Assembly: GCF_964213995.1 (NCBI RefSeq)
Contig: NW_027590137.1
Location: 248,001-312,000, forward strand
Source of the DNA: Mustelus asterias
Taxonomy: Eukaryota
Direction: 5' to 3'
DNA length: 64,000 nucleotides
Position numbers and translations under genes: made by a program. This document shows positions 9,736 to 21,140 of the stretch, one piece after another. The notes beneath the pieces are model-generated. The model made no database searches. It was not told the DNA's origin and was given only the letters and a program-made list of their open reading frames with translations. Each line of letters begins with the position of its first letter. Within the stretch, counting starts at the first letter, position 1.

Positions 9736-11489
9736 CTGGAGGCGGCGACAGGGTCCAGGTCCCACCTTCCACACCCCCAACAGAATGGACTTCCAGATTT
9801 ACAATGGGTTAATATTAAAATGGACATTTTATCTGTATCGGGATATTTGTTTGGCTGAAAATGTTCAATGTATTGTCTCCATTATTTCTGATGGTGATAT
9901 TGCAATTCATCATTTCTTTATTTGAAATAACTGATTCCATTGTAAATATGGTGATTTTATTACCACGCCCCCAAGAAGAACACAAATCTAAAAATGATTA
10001 AATAACATTTTTGGAAAATAAAGAGACCGTCAGTCTGTGTTGCAACAATTCCGGGTCTCTGTCACATTACAATAATAAAGCATCATTTATCAGAAGAATT
10101 GTTATCGATTTCTGTAACTAAATGCGGAGTATGAACAAAGTGATTGCATTTACAGTGCGGATGGCTATCACTGTACAATTTGGGTTTGGTGATGAGAAGA
10201 AACTCTCACACAATACAATGTTTCTCCTTATATTTGTCAAACTGCCCAATCTCGAAGACAGCCCTTTGAAAATAATAAGAATCCCGCCTTCCTGATAATT
10301 AAGTAGTGAGTTGACAGAGAAACATAAATTTAACATCGACTTTTGACAGAGAAGTTAATGAATCGGAACGGACACGGAGATCATTAAAGTTCTCCTTCAG
10401 CATCCAAATCGTGGCAGCTCGCTCTATTGGCCACCGGCTGTCTAATATTCATTGGTATTGGGAACACAGTGTATCAGGCCTTTGCTGCACATTGCACAAC
10501 ATCACAAGAATAAATGTTTTACCTTCCATTGAATCAGGTTATGAACTGATCATTTCTCCACTCATTAGCAGCTATGAGAGGAACTCTTCAATAATGGAAA
10601 TCAGATTATACTGTACAATAGAACACGGTGTAAATCAGGTACAAGAGACGCTGCTGTTTAAATAGGGTGCAAAACTTTCAGTATATTCCAGGAATCCCTG
10701 TTGTTCGTGTCAGTTTTATGATGTTCTTTTAATATTATTTCGATGCATTTTTGCCATTACAGTGATCTCAATTGACTGGGGAAATGGGACCATCAACATC
10801 TCTCTCTCGCATTTCATGAAGTGGTTAATAAACAGCCTTTAATTATTGGAATGACATTTACTTGGAAGTTATACAAATGAAAAATCATCCGGTCACTTTA
10901 CTGTTTTGCGATGCTATTTACTCACATAATGAACAGGACATTGAATGAAAATATTTGATTAGAATGATTCCGAATTAACATGTGTCATTCTTGTGGGAAT
11001 GAAACATTTATTCTTTAAATGGCTGAATCCCAATTTGTCCATTCAGGTTCACGCTAATCTGCCCCACACAGTATTTGGCAGCAATCCAGCCCGCTGTCAA
11101 ATGCTCAAAGTTATTGACAGGAAGCATCTGGGGGTGTTTGTGCAGTAGATCTGTTTTCTCAGTACTGACCGCTTGGCTGCAAGCCAACTTCAAACCCTTC
11201 ACATTGTCAATGAGCCCTATTTGTAAAGAAATCTACCCAGCAACAGTACTGGAGGCAATTTAATATTTTAAGTTGTAAGTCTATATGGATTTGACCCATC
11301 TCTCAAGAAAGACAATTTATGCAGCTTCTCTGACACCCTGTTAGCAACAATGATGATTTTTCCAACACATCAGGATATTGTCATGGATGGATCGAAAGAA
11401 TTACAGGCAGACTGAGAGATGACTCAGGGAGACGATACATGTTGTAATACATGAACATATATGCTTGTGTATTCTTTCCCTATCTCGTT

Positions 11490-11822
11490 CCATGAGATGT
11501 TTGAGTTGTTGGAACGACGAGTACATTATGCCTGTCCCAAATTCACTTGAACTGAATGGTTTTCTAGGCCACTTCTGAAGAGTCAGCCATTTTGTGTCCG
11601 TCTGTAGTCACATTCTTGTGAGACCAGGTAGCGATGGCAGATTTCCCTCATTGGGGGATCAGAGAGGGTTCTATGGTCGCCATTAGAATGTATTCCATAT
11701 TTATTAATTGAATTCAAATTCCACCAGCTTCCTCCGATTTAAATCCCTGTCCCTGTCCCATCATTGTCCTGGGTCTCTGGATCACTGGGCCAATTAAATT
11801 AATATTACGTCACCATCTGCGC
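11490..11822 (-). mobile_element. Second tRNA-derived SINE family (degenerate)
   Basis: agaccaggtagcgatggcagatttcc..attgaattcaaattccaccagc; related copies at about 24420-24745 (+), 26320-26670, 39760-40070 and 58500-58850. Confidence 0.65.
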
Positions 11823-12110
11823 AAACAATAAATGAATGACTGTCTTGATGCAGGAATGAATGACAGTTGAATGAATGACAGTTGAATGAATGATAGTTGG
11901 ATGAATGACAGTTGGATGCCTGAATATTTTGATTGAGGAATCAGTGAATAAATTGATAGATGCATTGTTAAATGGTACTGAAAGATGTTGTTCTACATTC
12001 CCATATTTGTACTTGACTGGTCCATAAATTGAAACAGCTCCTTTATCCCATTTCTGTCAGTCTAATAACGTCAATACTGCCAGAGGTTCTGGGAGAAATC
12101 CAACCCTAGT

Positions 12111-12191
12111 TGGACCAAGGAGCGGCACAGGCTTGGAGGGCCGAAGGGCCTGTTTCCTGTGCTGTACTGTTCTTTGTTCTTTGTTCTTTGT
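12111..12191 (+). mobile_element. Severely 5'-truncated CR1 3' end
   Basis: ggcttggagggccgaagggcctgtt..(TTCTTTG)n tail, flanked by the direct repeat CCTAGTT. Confidence 0.7.
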
Positions 12192-12749
12192 CCTAGTTTC
12201 TAGGGAGCGTGCAAGCTGATCCTCACGAAAATAAGAGGGGATTTTCCTGCGGCACGGATGGTTCCTTTCTCTGCTGATGCTGAATATTCATATCCAAGAT
12301 CGAAAGAGGGAACATGATTTGGCTGAGGAGGGAGGATTGTAATATTTGAAACATGTGCAGCAAATCACTCAACATGCCCTCACCCAAATTAGTGAAGGTA
12401 ACAAGCTGTAAAATAAATAATGTGGCAACAGATATATTGTGAAACTCACTGGAAAACTACAAGTGTTACATTATTTCCCAAAACTGTGTAATAATGAATC
12501 GGGATTTAAAGAATCAGCAAAATCATATTTGGTGCAGGTAGTTTAATTTGTATGATTACTTTGGAAATCATCACACCAGTTATGATTCAGGAGTTTAAAG
12601 CGCAGAGACTGCTGGGTAGCTACTCATGATCCTCGGTCTGTATTCATTCAATTTCCAACTGAATTCTGGGACAGATTTTATCCTTGGTGACAAAAAGTTG
12701 TCAATAAATGTTAATATCAATAAATTATTCAAAGCAAAGTTGTATCGAA

Positions 12750-12860
12750 GGAAATACTGGTAACAAACAGAAAATGCTGGAAAATCTCAGCAGGTCTGAC
12801 AGCATCTGTGGAGACAGAATAGAGCCAACGTTTCGAGTCTGGGTGACGCTTCGGCAGAGT
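12750..12860 (-). mobile_element. Penelope-like terminal-repeat fragment
   Basis: aaaatgctggaaaatctcagcaggtctgacagcatctgtggag..cgtttcgagtctgggtgacgcttcggcag; same family at about 14065-14190, 23190-23422, 49155-49235 and 62113-62247. Confidence 0.6.
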
Positions 12861-13105
12861 ATTCCTGATGCGTTGGAGAGATCATCATTGTTTCTAACAA
12901 GCTGTCAGAGAAGCTGCATAACTTTCCTGTGAAATGGGAATAGTTCAAATAGATACTGTTTAATTATATGCACTATTTCGCGCCACACACAAGTTGCATC
13001 AATTTACATACCGATCCCAAAAATCATCAACTTCTCCATGCTAACTAACCTAATCAACATCTCAATCGCTAACTATATCCTAATCCCTTTCCACCTCATC
13101 ATTTA

Positions 13106-14026
13106 CATAAGAACATAAGAACATAAGAAATAGGAGCAGGAGTAGGCCATCTAGCCCCTCGAGCCTGCCCCGCCATTCAATAAGATCATGGCTGATCTGA
13201 CGTGGATCAGTACCACTTACCCGCCTGATCCCCATAACCCTTAATTCCCTTACCGATCAGGAATCCATCCATCCGCGCTTTAAACATATTCAGCGAGGTA
13301 GCCTCCACCACCTCAGTGGGCAGAGAATTCCAGAGATTCACCACCCTCTGGGAGAAGAAGCTCCTCCTCAACTCTGTCTTAAACCGACCCCCCTTTATTT
13401 TGAGGCTGTGTCCTCTAGTTTTAACTTCCTTACTAAGTGGAAAGAATCTCTCCGCCTCCACCCTATCCAGCCCTCGCATTATCTTATAAGTCTCCATAAG
13501 ATCCCCCCTCATCCTTCTAAACTCCAACGAGTACAAACCCAATCTCCTCAGCCTCTCCTCATAATCCAAACCCCTCATCTCCGGTATCAACCTGGTGAAC
13601 CTTCTCTGCACTCCCTCCAATGCCAATATATCCTTCCTCATATAAGGGGACCAATACTGCACACAGTATTCCAGCTGCGGCCTCACCAATGCCCTGTACA
13701 GGTGCATCAAGACATCCCTGCTTTTATATTCTATCCCCCTCGCGATATAGGCCAACATCCCATTTGCCTTCTTGATCACCTGTTGTACCTGCAGACTGGG
13801 CTTTTGCGTCTCATGCACAAGGACCCCCAGGTCCCTTTGCACGGTAGCATGTTTTAATTTGTTTCCATTGAGATAGTAATCCCATTTGTTATTATTTCCT
13901 CCAAAGTGTATAACCTCGCATTTCTCAACGTTATACTCCATTTGCCATATCCTCGCCCACTCACTCAGCCTGTCCAAATCTCTCTGCAGATCTTCTCCGT
14001 CCTCCACACGATTCACTTTTCCACTT
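13106..14026 (-). mobile_element. Young 5'-truncated CR1 LINE (RT C-terminus and 3' UTR)
   Basis: ORF 13207-14049 (LQRDLDRLSEWA..WQM..LEYCVQYWSP..RRMRGDL); tail (TTCTTATG)n; near-identical to 46570-47482. Confidence 0.95.
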
Positions 14027-14064
14027 CCCAATGTCATCACCCTCTTCAATTTCCCCCAAATAAA

Positions 14065-14190
14065 AAGAAAGGGTCATCCCGACTCGAAACTTTGACTCTA
14101 TTCTCTTTCCACAGATGCTATCTGACCTGTTGAGATTTTCGGAATTTATTGCTTTTGTTTCAGTTTCTAGAATCCACAGTATTTTCCAAT
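14065..14190 (+). mobile_element. Penelope-like terminal-repeat fragment
   Basis: gggtcatcccgactcgaaac..ccacagatgctatctgacctgttgagatttt, the reverse-complement counterpart of 12750-12860. Confidence 0.6.
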
Positions 14191-14640
14191 TATCAAAATG
14201 CTGAATACAATTGGTGAAATAATTGTTTATCTGTATGAATTGATGTTCATTGGTGAATTGGAACAACCCCGCTTGGATATTCCCCTCCAAGACGCTTATA
14301 AACCTGACTTGGACATATATTACCGCTCCTTTACTGTCGCTGGGTCGGAATCCATGAGAACCCTTCCTAACAGCACTGTGGGTGTACCTACACTGCAGAT
14401 TGTGCAGCGGTTCAAGAAGGCGGCTAACCACCAGCAACTAGCAATGTGAAACAAATTATAGCTTAGGCAGTCGCCCACCTTCCATAAAGTAATTTTAAAT
14501 AGACTAACCTTTGTGAATGAATGAGAACTGCTGAATGCATTTATTAAATTGCGAATGGATGGTCATTGGTGAAAATAATTACTATCTTTCTGAACATTTA
14601 TGACATTCTCCTTATTTGCTGGAAGATTTAAGGTTTGTAG

Positions 14641-14940
14641 TTCATTTATTAATGTCACAAGTAGGCTTACATTAACACGGCAATGAAGTCACTATAAAAT
14701 CCCTGAGTCGCCACACTGTAGCGTCTGTTCGGGTACACTGAGGGAGAATTTAGCCTGACCAGTGCACATTACCAGCATGCCTTTTCGGACTGTGCAGGAA
14801 ACTGGACCACCCAGAAGAAATCCACGCATAAACGGGTAGAATGTACAGACTCCGCACAGACACTGACCCACGCCGGGAACCAAACCAGTGGCCCTGGCAC
14901 TGTGAGGCAACAGAGCTAACCACTGTGCCACCATGGCACC
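14641..14940 (-). mobile_element. V-SINE, alternative-tail subfamily
   Basis: Minus head tggcacagtggttagctctgttgcctcacagtgccaggg; tail ctccctcagtgtacccgaacag..cttcattgccgtgttaatgtaagcctacttgtgac. Absent from the paralogous site near 31635. Confidence 0.85.
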
Positions 14941-15559
14941 CACAATTCCATAAGACATGCATGATTCAAATTTATCACACTTTTTGCAAACTAAACCGAT
15001 GGAAGAGGCTGTTACAACTACAGGCATATCTCAGTCATAACATCACGGGAAAGATCTTTGCTGGGGTCACACTTGAAATACATCATCTGCTTGCAGACCG
15101 GGTATATCTGATGTACAGTTTAGTGATTGTATTGGAAGATTTACTCCAGCCAACAACTTCTCCATGCTCCATATATGTCCATATCTTTAACGTACTTCGG
15201 TCAATCTCGCTAAGACATGCAACACCGTCAGCAGGGCAAGGAATACAGGATTTTGGTGATAACTGGTTTTACACCAAAGCTCCTAATGTCCATTCATGAC
15301 ACAGAAACAATAACACACAATGACGAATGGTAGCTTAATGGGCAGCACTTGTGGCCGAACTAACTTTTCAAACATTGGCCTCCTCAATCATCAGAAAAGG
15401 TGACATATGTAAAGGAAGCCAATCTGAATTGGATGTGTTTATTGTGTGTCCGTCATGTGGTGTAAATGGAACGATGCACGTGATCATTGTGGAATTAATT
15501 TGTATCAAGCACGATGTATTTCACACAACACACACACACACCAAGATGCTCAATTTGGG

Positions 15560-16520
15560 TCCCGCACGGAGCACTCGATTCCAGAAATGATTTGGAAAGA
15601 GTCCAAACATAGATTTTTAAAAATAAATTAAAAAGGTGAATAGAGAGTGCCTGCCCTTGACATCGACGCAGCGTCTGACCGTTTGTGGCATCAAGGAGCC
15701 CGAGCGAAACTGCAGTCAATGGGAATCAGGGGGAACAGAGTCCACTGCCTGAGTCATGCTGAGCACAAAGGAAGATGGTTGTTGATGGTCAATCGTGCCA
15801 TCATGCCAATCATGCAGGATTTCTTCAGGTAGTGACCTCGCCCCAAGCTTCATCTTTCATCAAAGTTCAGAAGTGGGATTTTCACAGGTGATTGCACAAA
15901 GTTCCGCACCAGTTGCGACTCCTCAGTTACTGACACAGTCTGTGCCCATATGCAGTAAGACTTAGAAAACATTCAGTCTTTGGCGAATGAATGGCAAGGA
16001 ACATTAATGCACCACAAGTGGCAAGCAATGACAGTCTCCAATGAGGGAGATTCCAAACCACTCCCAATGACATTAAATGGCATTACCCATCGCTGAATTC
16101 GCCCACTATCAACATCCTATGAATTATAATTCTTGAAAATCTGAACGGAGACAGTCGTTTAAATCATGTGGCCACAGGAGCAGGTCAGACGCTCGGAGTT
16201 CTGCTGTGAACAACGCACCTCCTGAATTCCCAACTCCTATCCATCATCTACAAGGCAAAAGGCTGGAGTATGAACAGATATCACAGAACAGTAAAGCACA
16301 GGAACAGGCTCTTCAGCCCACCAAATATGTGCCGACACAAATGATTGAATATTCCCTACTTGCCTGACTTGTGCCACTCAAAAGCTCAATGTCATTCTGG
16401 AGAAAGTAGCTGGCTCGAAGAATACCCCACCCACCAGCTTCCCAAAGCCTGCCACCACATTCTCAAAGGAAATCATGGTTTGACAACAAAAGCTGACTTT
16501 CCCAGTGACATCAAAATCAC
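15560..16520 (+). mobile_element. Old CR1-like LINE RT/3' fragment predating the duplication
   Basis: gcccttgacatcgacgcagcgtctgaccgtttgtggcatcaagg (ALDI.AAFD.VWH); paralogous copy at about 34500-35720. Confidence 0.7.
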
Positions 16521-16559
16521 ATGAAACAATTTTAAACATACCATATCTCTGCCTATATT

Positions 16560-17600
16560 CAGCTAGCTTCTGCGTCTGTCTATATTACAGTAGGCTGCGC
16601 CTGGATCACATTCCAGGAGGTCATGTCTAAGCTTTTTCCTGCACTTGGCTCAATATCAGGTGTTCGTATATGAGACACAGGCCCTGTTTATATTATAATT
16701 TCTAAGTTATGGCTGTACTGAGCCATGCTTCTGCTGATCCGACAAGAGGCCGTGTCTCAATTCTTACTGCCTCAGAACATTTGCCACTGCATACTAAACT
16801 GGAGCAACTGTTTCATGCATGACACATGGTTCTGTCACAGTTATTTTGCTAATAGTTCATGAGATTTTGATAAACTCGATCCTGTTTGCGTTAATGCTGC
16901 ACCAGTCCATGTATTTATTTATTTCAGACTATATCACGTCTGAGCTATAATTGCATTTTGCAATACCTCCTAATTGCTGCATTGTCCGTATCTCAGTGTG
17001 TATCAGTCTAGGCCCTGTACCAGTAATTGTTACAAATAAACTGGGCTCTGTCTCAGTTTACATCAGTCTAGGTGCTGTATCAGTAATCATTACTAATACA
17101 CTGGACTCTGTCTCAGTTTACATCTGTCACTGTCCTGTATCTATTAGTAATTATTACTAATGCACTTGACTCCGTCTCGCTCTAAAGACATTTAGGTCCT
17201 GTATCATTAATTACTGGGCTCTGTCTCAGTTTATATGCATAAGCTCCTATGTCCAGTAAAACTGCACTAGACACTGTCTCAGTTTTATTTTCCTCGACAT
17301 TGTCATATATATTTGTAATGTTTGTTTCATGGGATGTGGGTGTCACTGAAAAGATCAGCATTTGGCCTTTGACCATCCCCACATGGCACTCGGAAAGAAA
17401 CCCATTTCTATTTTGCTGGATCAGGGTTTATGTTAAATTAGAGTCTGTCTCTGTTAATACACTGCTAGACTAGAAATCAGTTTATATTGCACTAGCCATA
17501 CTCTCTGGTTAAGTAATATTTGATCCTGACCCTGTGCATATTTCACTCGACTGTGTTAATGTTATGCCTGCACTTAACTTTGCCTCTATTTGAATGATGT
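16560..17600 (+). repeat. Degenerate ~27-bp minisatellite (locally a 60-bp higher-order unit)
   Basis: Consensus approximately ACTAGACCCTGTCTCTGTTTATATTAC; ctctgtctcagtttacatc at 17046 and 17106 (60-bp period). Confidence 0.7.
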
Positions 17601-17889
17601 CTGCATTTCCCCGCGGTTCTACGAGAAGAAGAGATATTATGTTGGATGAAAAACAGTGGTCTCTGGCAGGATTCTGAAACAGGCAGTATTGGATCGACAG
17701 TATTTGGTCGGTGCGGGCTTCCAGTGCCGAAGGGCCTGTTCCTCTACAGTAAATTTCCTTGTTCTTTGTTCTGTGTTGACAGTGCATGCTATAGAGGTCT
17801 TAGTATCCATTTTCAATGCAGTCAGCAGAAGTAGATTTCAGATAACACAGCTTCTTTTCCTTGTTTAAGAGGATGTTCCTTGTTTAAGA

Positions 17890-20105
17890 AGATGGTCCTC
17901 GGGTTGAAGTTCTGAACTGGAAAAAGGCCAAATTTGATGAAATGAGAAGGGATCTGGGAAGTGTGGATTGGCACAGGCTGTTCTCTGGTAAGGATGTAAA
18001 TGGAAAGTGGGAGGCCTTCAAAGGAGAAATTTTGAGAGTGCAGAGTTTGTATGTTCCTGTCAGGATTAAAGGCAAAGTAAATAGGAACAAGGAACCTTGG
18101 TTCTCGAGGGAGATTGTAACACTGATTAAGAGGAAGAGAGAGTTGTATGAAATGTACAGGCAGCAAGGAACACATCAGATGCACGAGGAGTATAAAAAGT
18201 GCAAGAAGCTCCTTAAGAGGGAAATCAGGAGGGCTAAAAGAAGACATGAGGTTGCTTTGGCAGACAGAGTGAAGGAAAATCCAAAGAGCTTCTATAGGTA
18301 TGTTAGGAGCAAAAGGATAGTGAGAGATAAAATTGGTCCCCTTGAAGACCAGAGTGGTAGACTGTGTATGGAACCAAAAGAGATGGGGGAGATACTAATT
18401 GGTTTTTTTGCATCCGTATTTACTGAGGAAACGGGCATGGAGTCTACGGAAATAGGGCAAACTGGTAGGGAGGCCATGGAACCGTTACAGATTAAAGGGG
18501 AGGAGGTGCTTGCTGTCTTGAGGCAAATCAGAGTGGATAAAACCCCAGGACCGGACAGGGTATTCCCACGGACCTTGAGGGAAGTGTTGAACTTGCAGGG
18601 GCCCTGGCAGACATATTTAAAATGTCAGTATTCACGGGGGAGGTGCCGGATGATTGGAGGGTGGCTCATGTTGTTTCGTTGTTTAAAAAAGGTTCCAAAA
18701 GAAATCCAGGAAATTATCAGCCAGTAAGTTTGACGTCGGTGGTGGGCAAGTTATTGGAAGGTGTGATACGGGATAGGATCTACAAATATTTGGATAGACA
18801 GGGACTTATTAGGTAGAGTCAACATGGCTTTGTGCGTGGTAGGTCATGTTTGACCAATCTATTAGAGTCTTTCGAGGAGGTTACCAGGAAAGTGGATGAA
18901 GGGAAGGCGGTGGAAGTTGTCTACCTGGATTTCAGCAAGGCCTTTGACAAGGTCCCTCATGGGAGGTTAGTTAGGAAGGTTCAGTCGCTAGGTATACATG
19001 GGGAGGTAGTAAATTGGATTAGACACTGGCTCAATGGAAGAAGCCAGAGAGTGGTTGTGGAGGATTGCTTCTCTGAGTGGAGGCCTGTGACTAGTGGTGT
19101 GCCGCAGGGATCGGTGTTGGGTCCATTGTTGTTTGTCATCTATATCAATGATCTGGATGATAATGTGGTCAATTGGATCAGCAAGTTTGCTGATGATACA
19201 AAGATTGGAGGTGTAGTGGACAGTGAGGAAGGTTTTCAAAGCTTGCAGAGGGATTTGGACCAACTAGAAAAATGGGCTGAAAAATGGCAAATGGAATTTA
19301 ACGCAGACAAGTGTGAGATATTGCACTTTGGAAGGACAAATCAAAGTAGAACGTACAGGGTAAATGGTAGGACTCTGAAGAGTGCAGTTGAACAGAGGGA
19401 TCTGGGAATACAGGTACAGAATTCCCTAAAAGTGACGTCACAGGTGGATAGGGTCGTAAAGAGTGCCTTTGGTACATTGGCCTTTATAAATCGGAGTATC
19501 GAGTATAAAAGTTGGAGTGTTATGGTAAGGTTACATAAGGCATTGGTGAGGCCGAATTTGGAGTATTGTGTACAGTTTTGGTCACCTAGTTACAGGAAGG
19601 ATGTAAATAAGATTGAAAGAGTGCAGAGAAGGTTCACAAGGATGTTGCCGGGACTTGAGAAGCTGAGTTACAGAGAGAGCTTGAATAGGTTGGGACTTTA
19701 TTCCCTGGAGCGTAGAAGATTGAGGGGAGATTTGATCGAGGTGTATAAGATTTTGATGGGTATAGATCGAGTGAATGCAAGCAGGCTTTTTCCGCTGAGG
19801 CTAGGGGAGAAAAAAAACCAGAGGGCATGGGTTAAGGGTGAAAGGAGGAAAGTTTAAAGGGTATTAGGGGGGGCTTCTTCACGCAGAGAGTGGTGGGAGT
19901 GTGGAATGAGCTGCCGGATAAAGTGGTAAATGCGGGGACACTTTTAACATTTAAGAAAAACTTGGACGGGTTCATGGATGAGAGGGGTGTGGAGGGATAT
20001 GGTCCAAGTGCAGGTCAGTGGGACTAGGCATAAAATGGTTCGGCACAGACAAGAAGGGCCAAGAGGCCTGTTTCTGAGCTGTAATTTTCTATGGTTCTAT
20101 GGTTC
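17890..20105 (+). mobile_element. CR1 LINE ORF2 (RT), 5'-truncated, frameshifted
   Basis: ORFs 17942-18727 and 18832-19857 with [25 protein letters not shown]; tail (TTCTATGG)n; near-identical to 54070-56282. Confidence 0.96.
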
Positions 20106-20159
20106 AGAGAATTGTGTCCCCCTAAACACTTTCCTCATTACTGGCATTGTCCAGTGCAG

Positions 20160-20500
20160 TAAAAACTGAGACCATGTTCAATGCAATATAAACGTGGATA
20201 GGGTCAAATGCAGAAATAAGACTCCATCTAGTTTAATACAAACAGACAGGTCTAAATTAATACAAACCGATGCAGCGTCTAGTGGTATGAACTGAAACAT
20301 GTTGATGCATAATATAAACAGGGAGACGGTCTAATTTAGTATAATCAGAGAAAGCATCTCGTTTATTATGTGTAGAGATAGGGTTGAGTGCAACATGAAC
20401 CGAGGCACGACCTTATATAATAGAAGCTGACACAGGGTAAATTTACTGTCTAATAAAGAGACTGGTTCAATCCCCATGAAATCTGGAGAGACGGCCTACT
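20160..20500 (-). repeat. ~27-bp minisatellite, inverted relative to 16560-17600
   Basis: Units such as aatataaacagggagacggtctaat and tgtagagatagggttgagtgcaac are reverse complements of the upstream array. Confidence 0.6.
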
Positions 20501-21140
20501 GCCCCATCAAAAATTCACAGGACAGGAGTAACATGGGGTTAGCTGTAAAGTTCCCCCATGCATTGCCAAATTTAACACTCCCAAGTCAGGAATAGCATGA
20601 TTTCGATACAAAGTGAACCTTCATCACACTATCAAAATAAAACATTCCTGGAAAAGGGAGACTGTCTAGAAACAGAGTGAAACTCCCTCTACAAAGTCTG
20701 CTCAAACACAATGAAGGCATACAGACCAGAGGCTCTCTTCGAGGTAAAACCACTTCTGCATTTTTCCTTCAGAGAATCGGGAGGCAAGTTTGAATTGGTG
20801 TTCGGTAGAGGGGGAAGATCCCTCGACACAGTCCCATAAAATACACCCAGGTCAGGTACAGCAGAGATTAGATACGGATTAAATATCCCTCTACAAGTAA
20901 TATCAAACATTCAAAGGGCAGGTATGTGAGTTTAGATGCAGACTAAATATTCCTCTCCACTGTCCAGTCAAACAGTCCAAGGGCAGGGATAAATACAGGG
21001 AAAATTTCTTTGGTACTGCCACATCGAATCCTTGTTACGAGGTACAACACAGGTTCGATACAGAGGGAAATGTATAAAATATCCCAAGATCATAGAATGC
21101 TCAAGAGATCTTTTAGAGTAAATCTCTCTCATGGATTCCA
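20500..21140 (+). repeat. ~65-bp degenerate tandem repeat
   Basis: Unit approximately ccctctacactgtcccatcaaacactcccagggcaggtacagcacgggttagatacagagtaaa; ccctc anchors at about 20820, 20888 and 20952; also at about 3670-3810 and 38045-38330. Confidence 0.75.

Noticed and set aside
20500-21140. CRISPR-like periodicity (about 65 bp)
   Set aside because: The whole unit is repeated degenerately with no unique spacers; vertebrate context and no cas genes.
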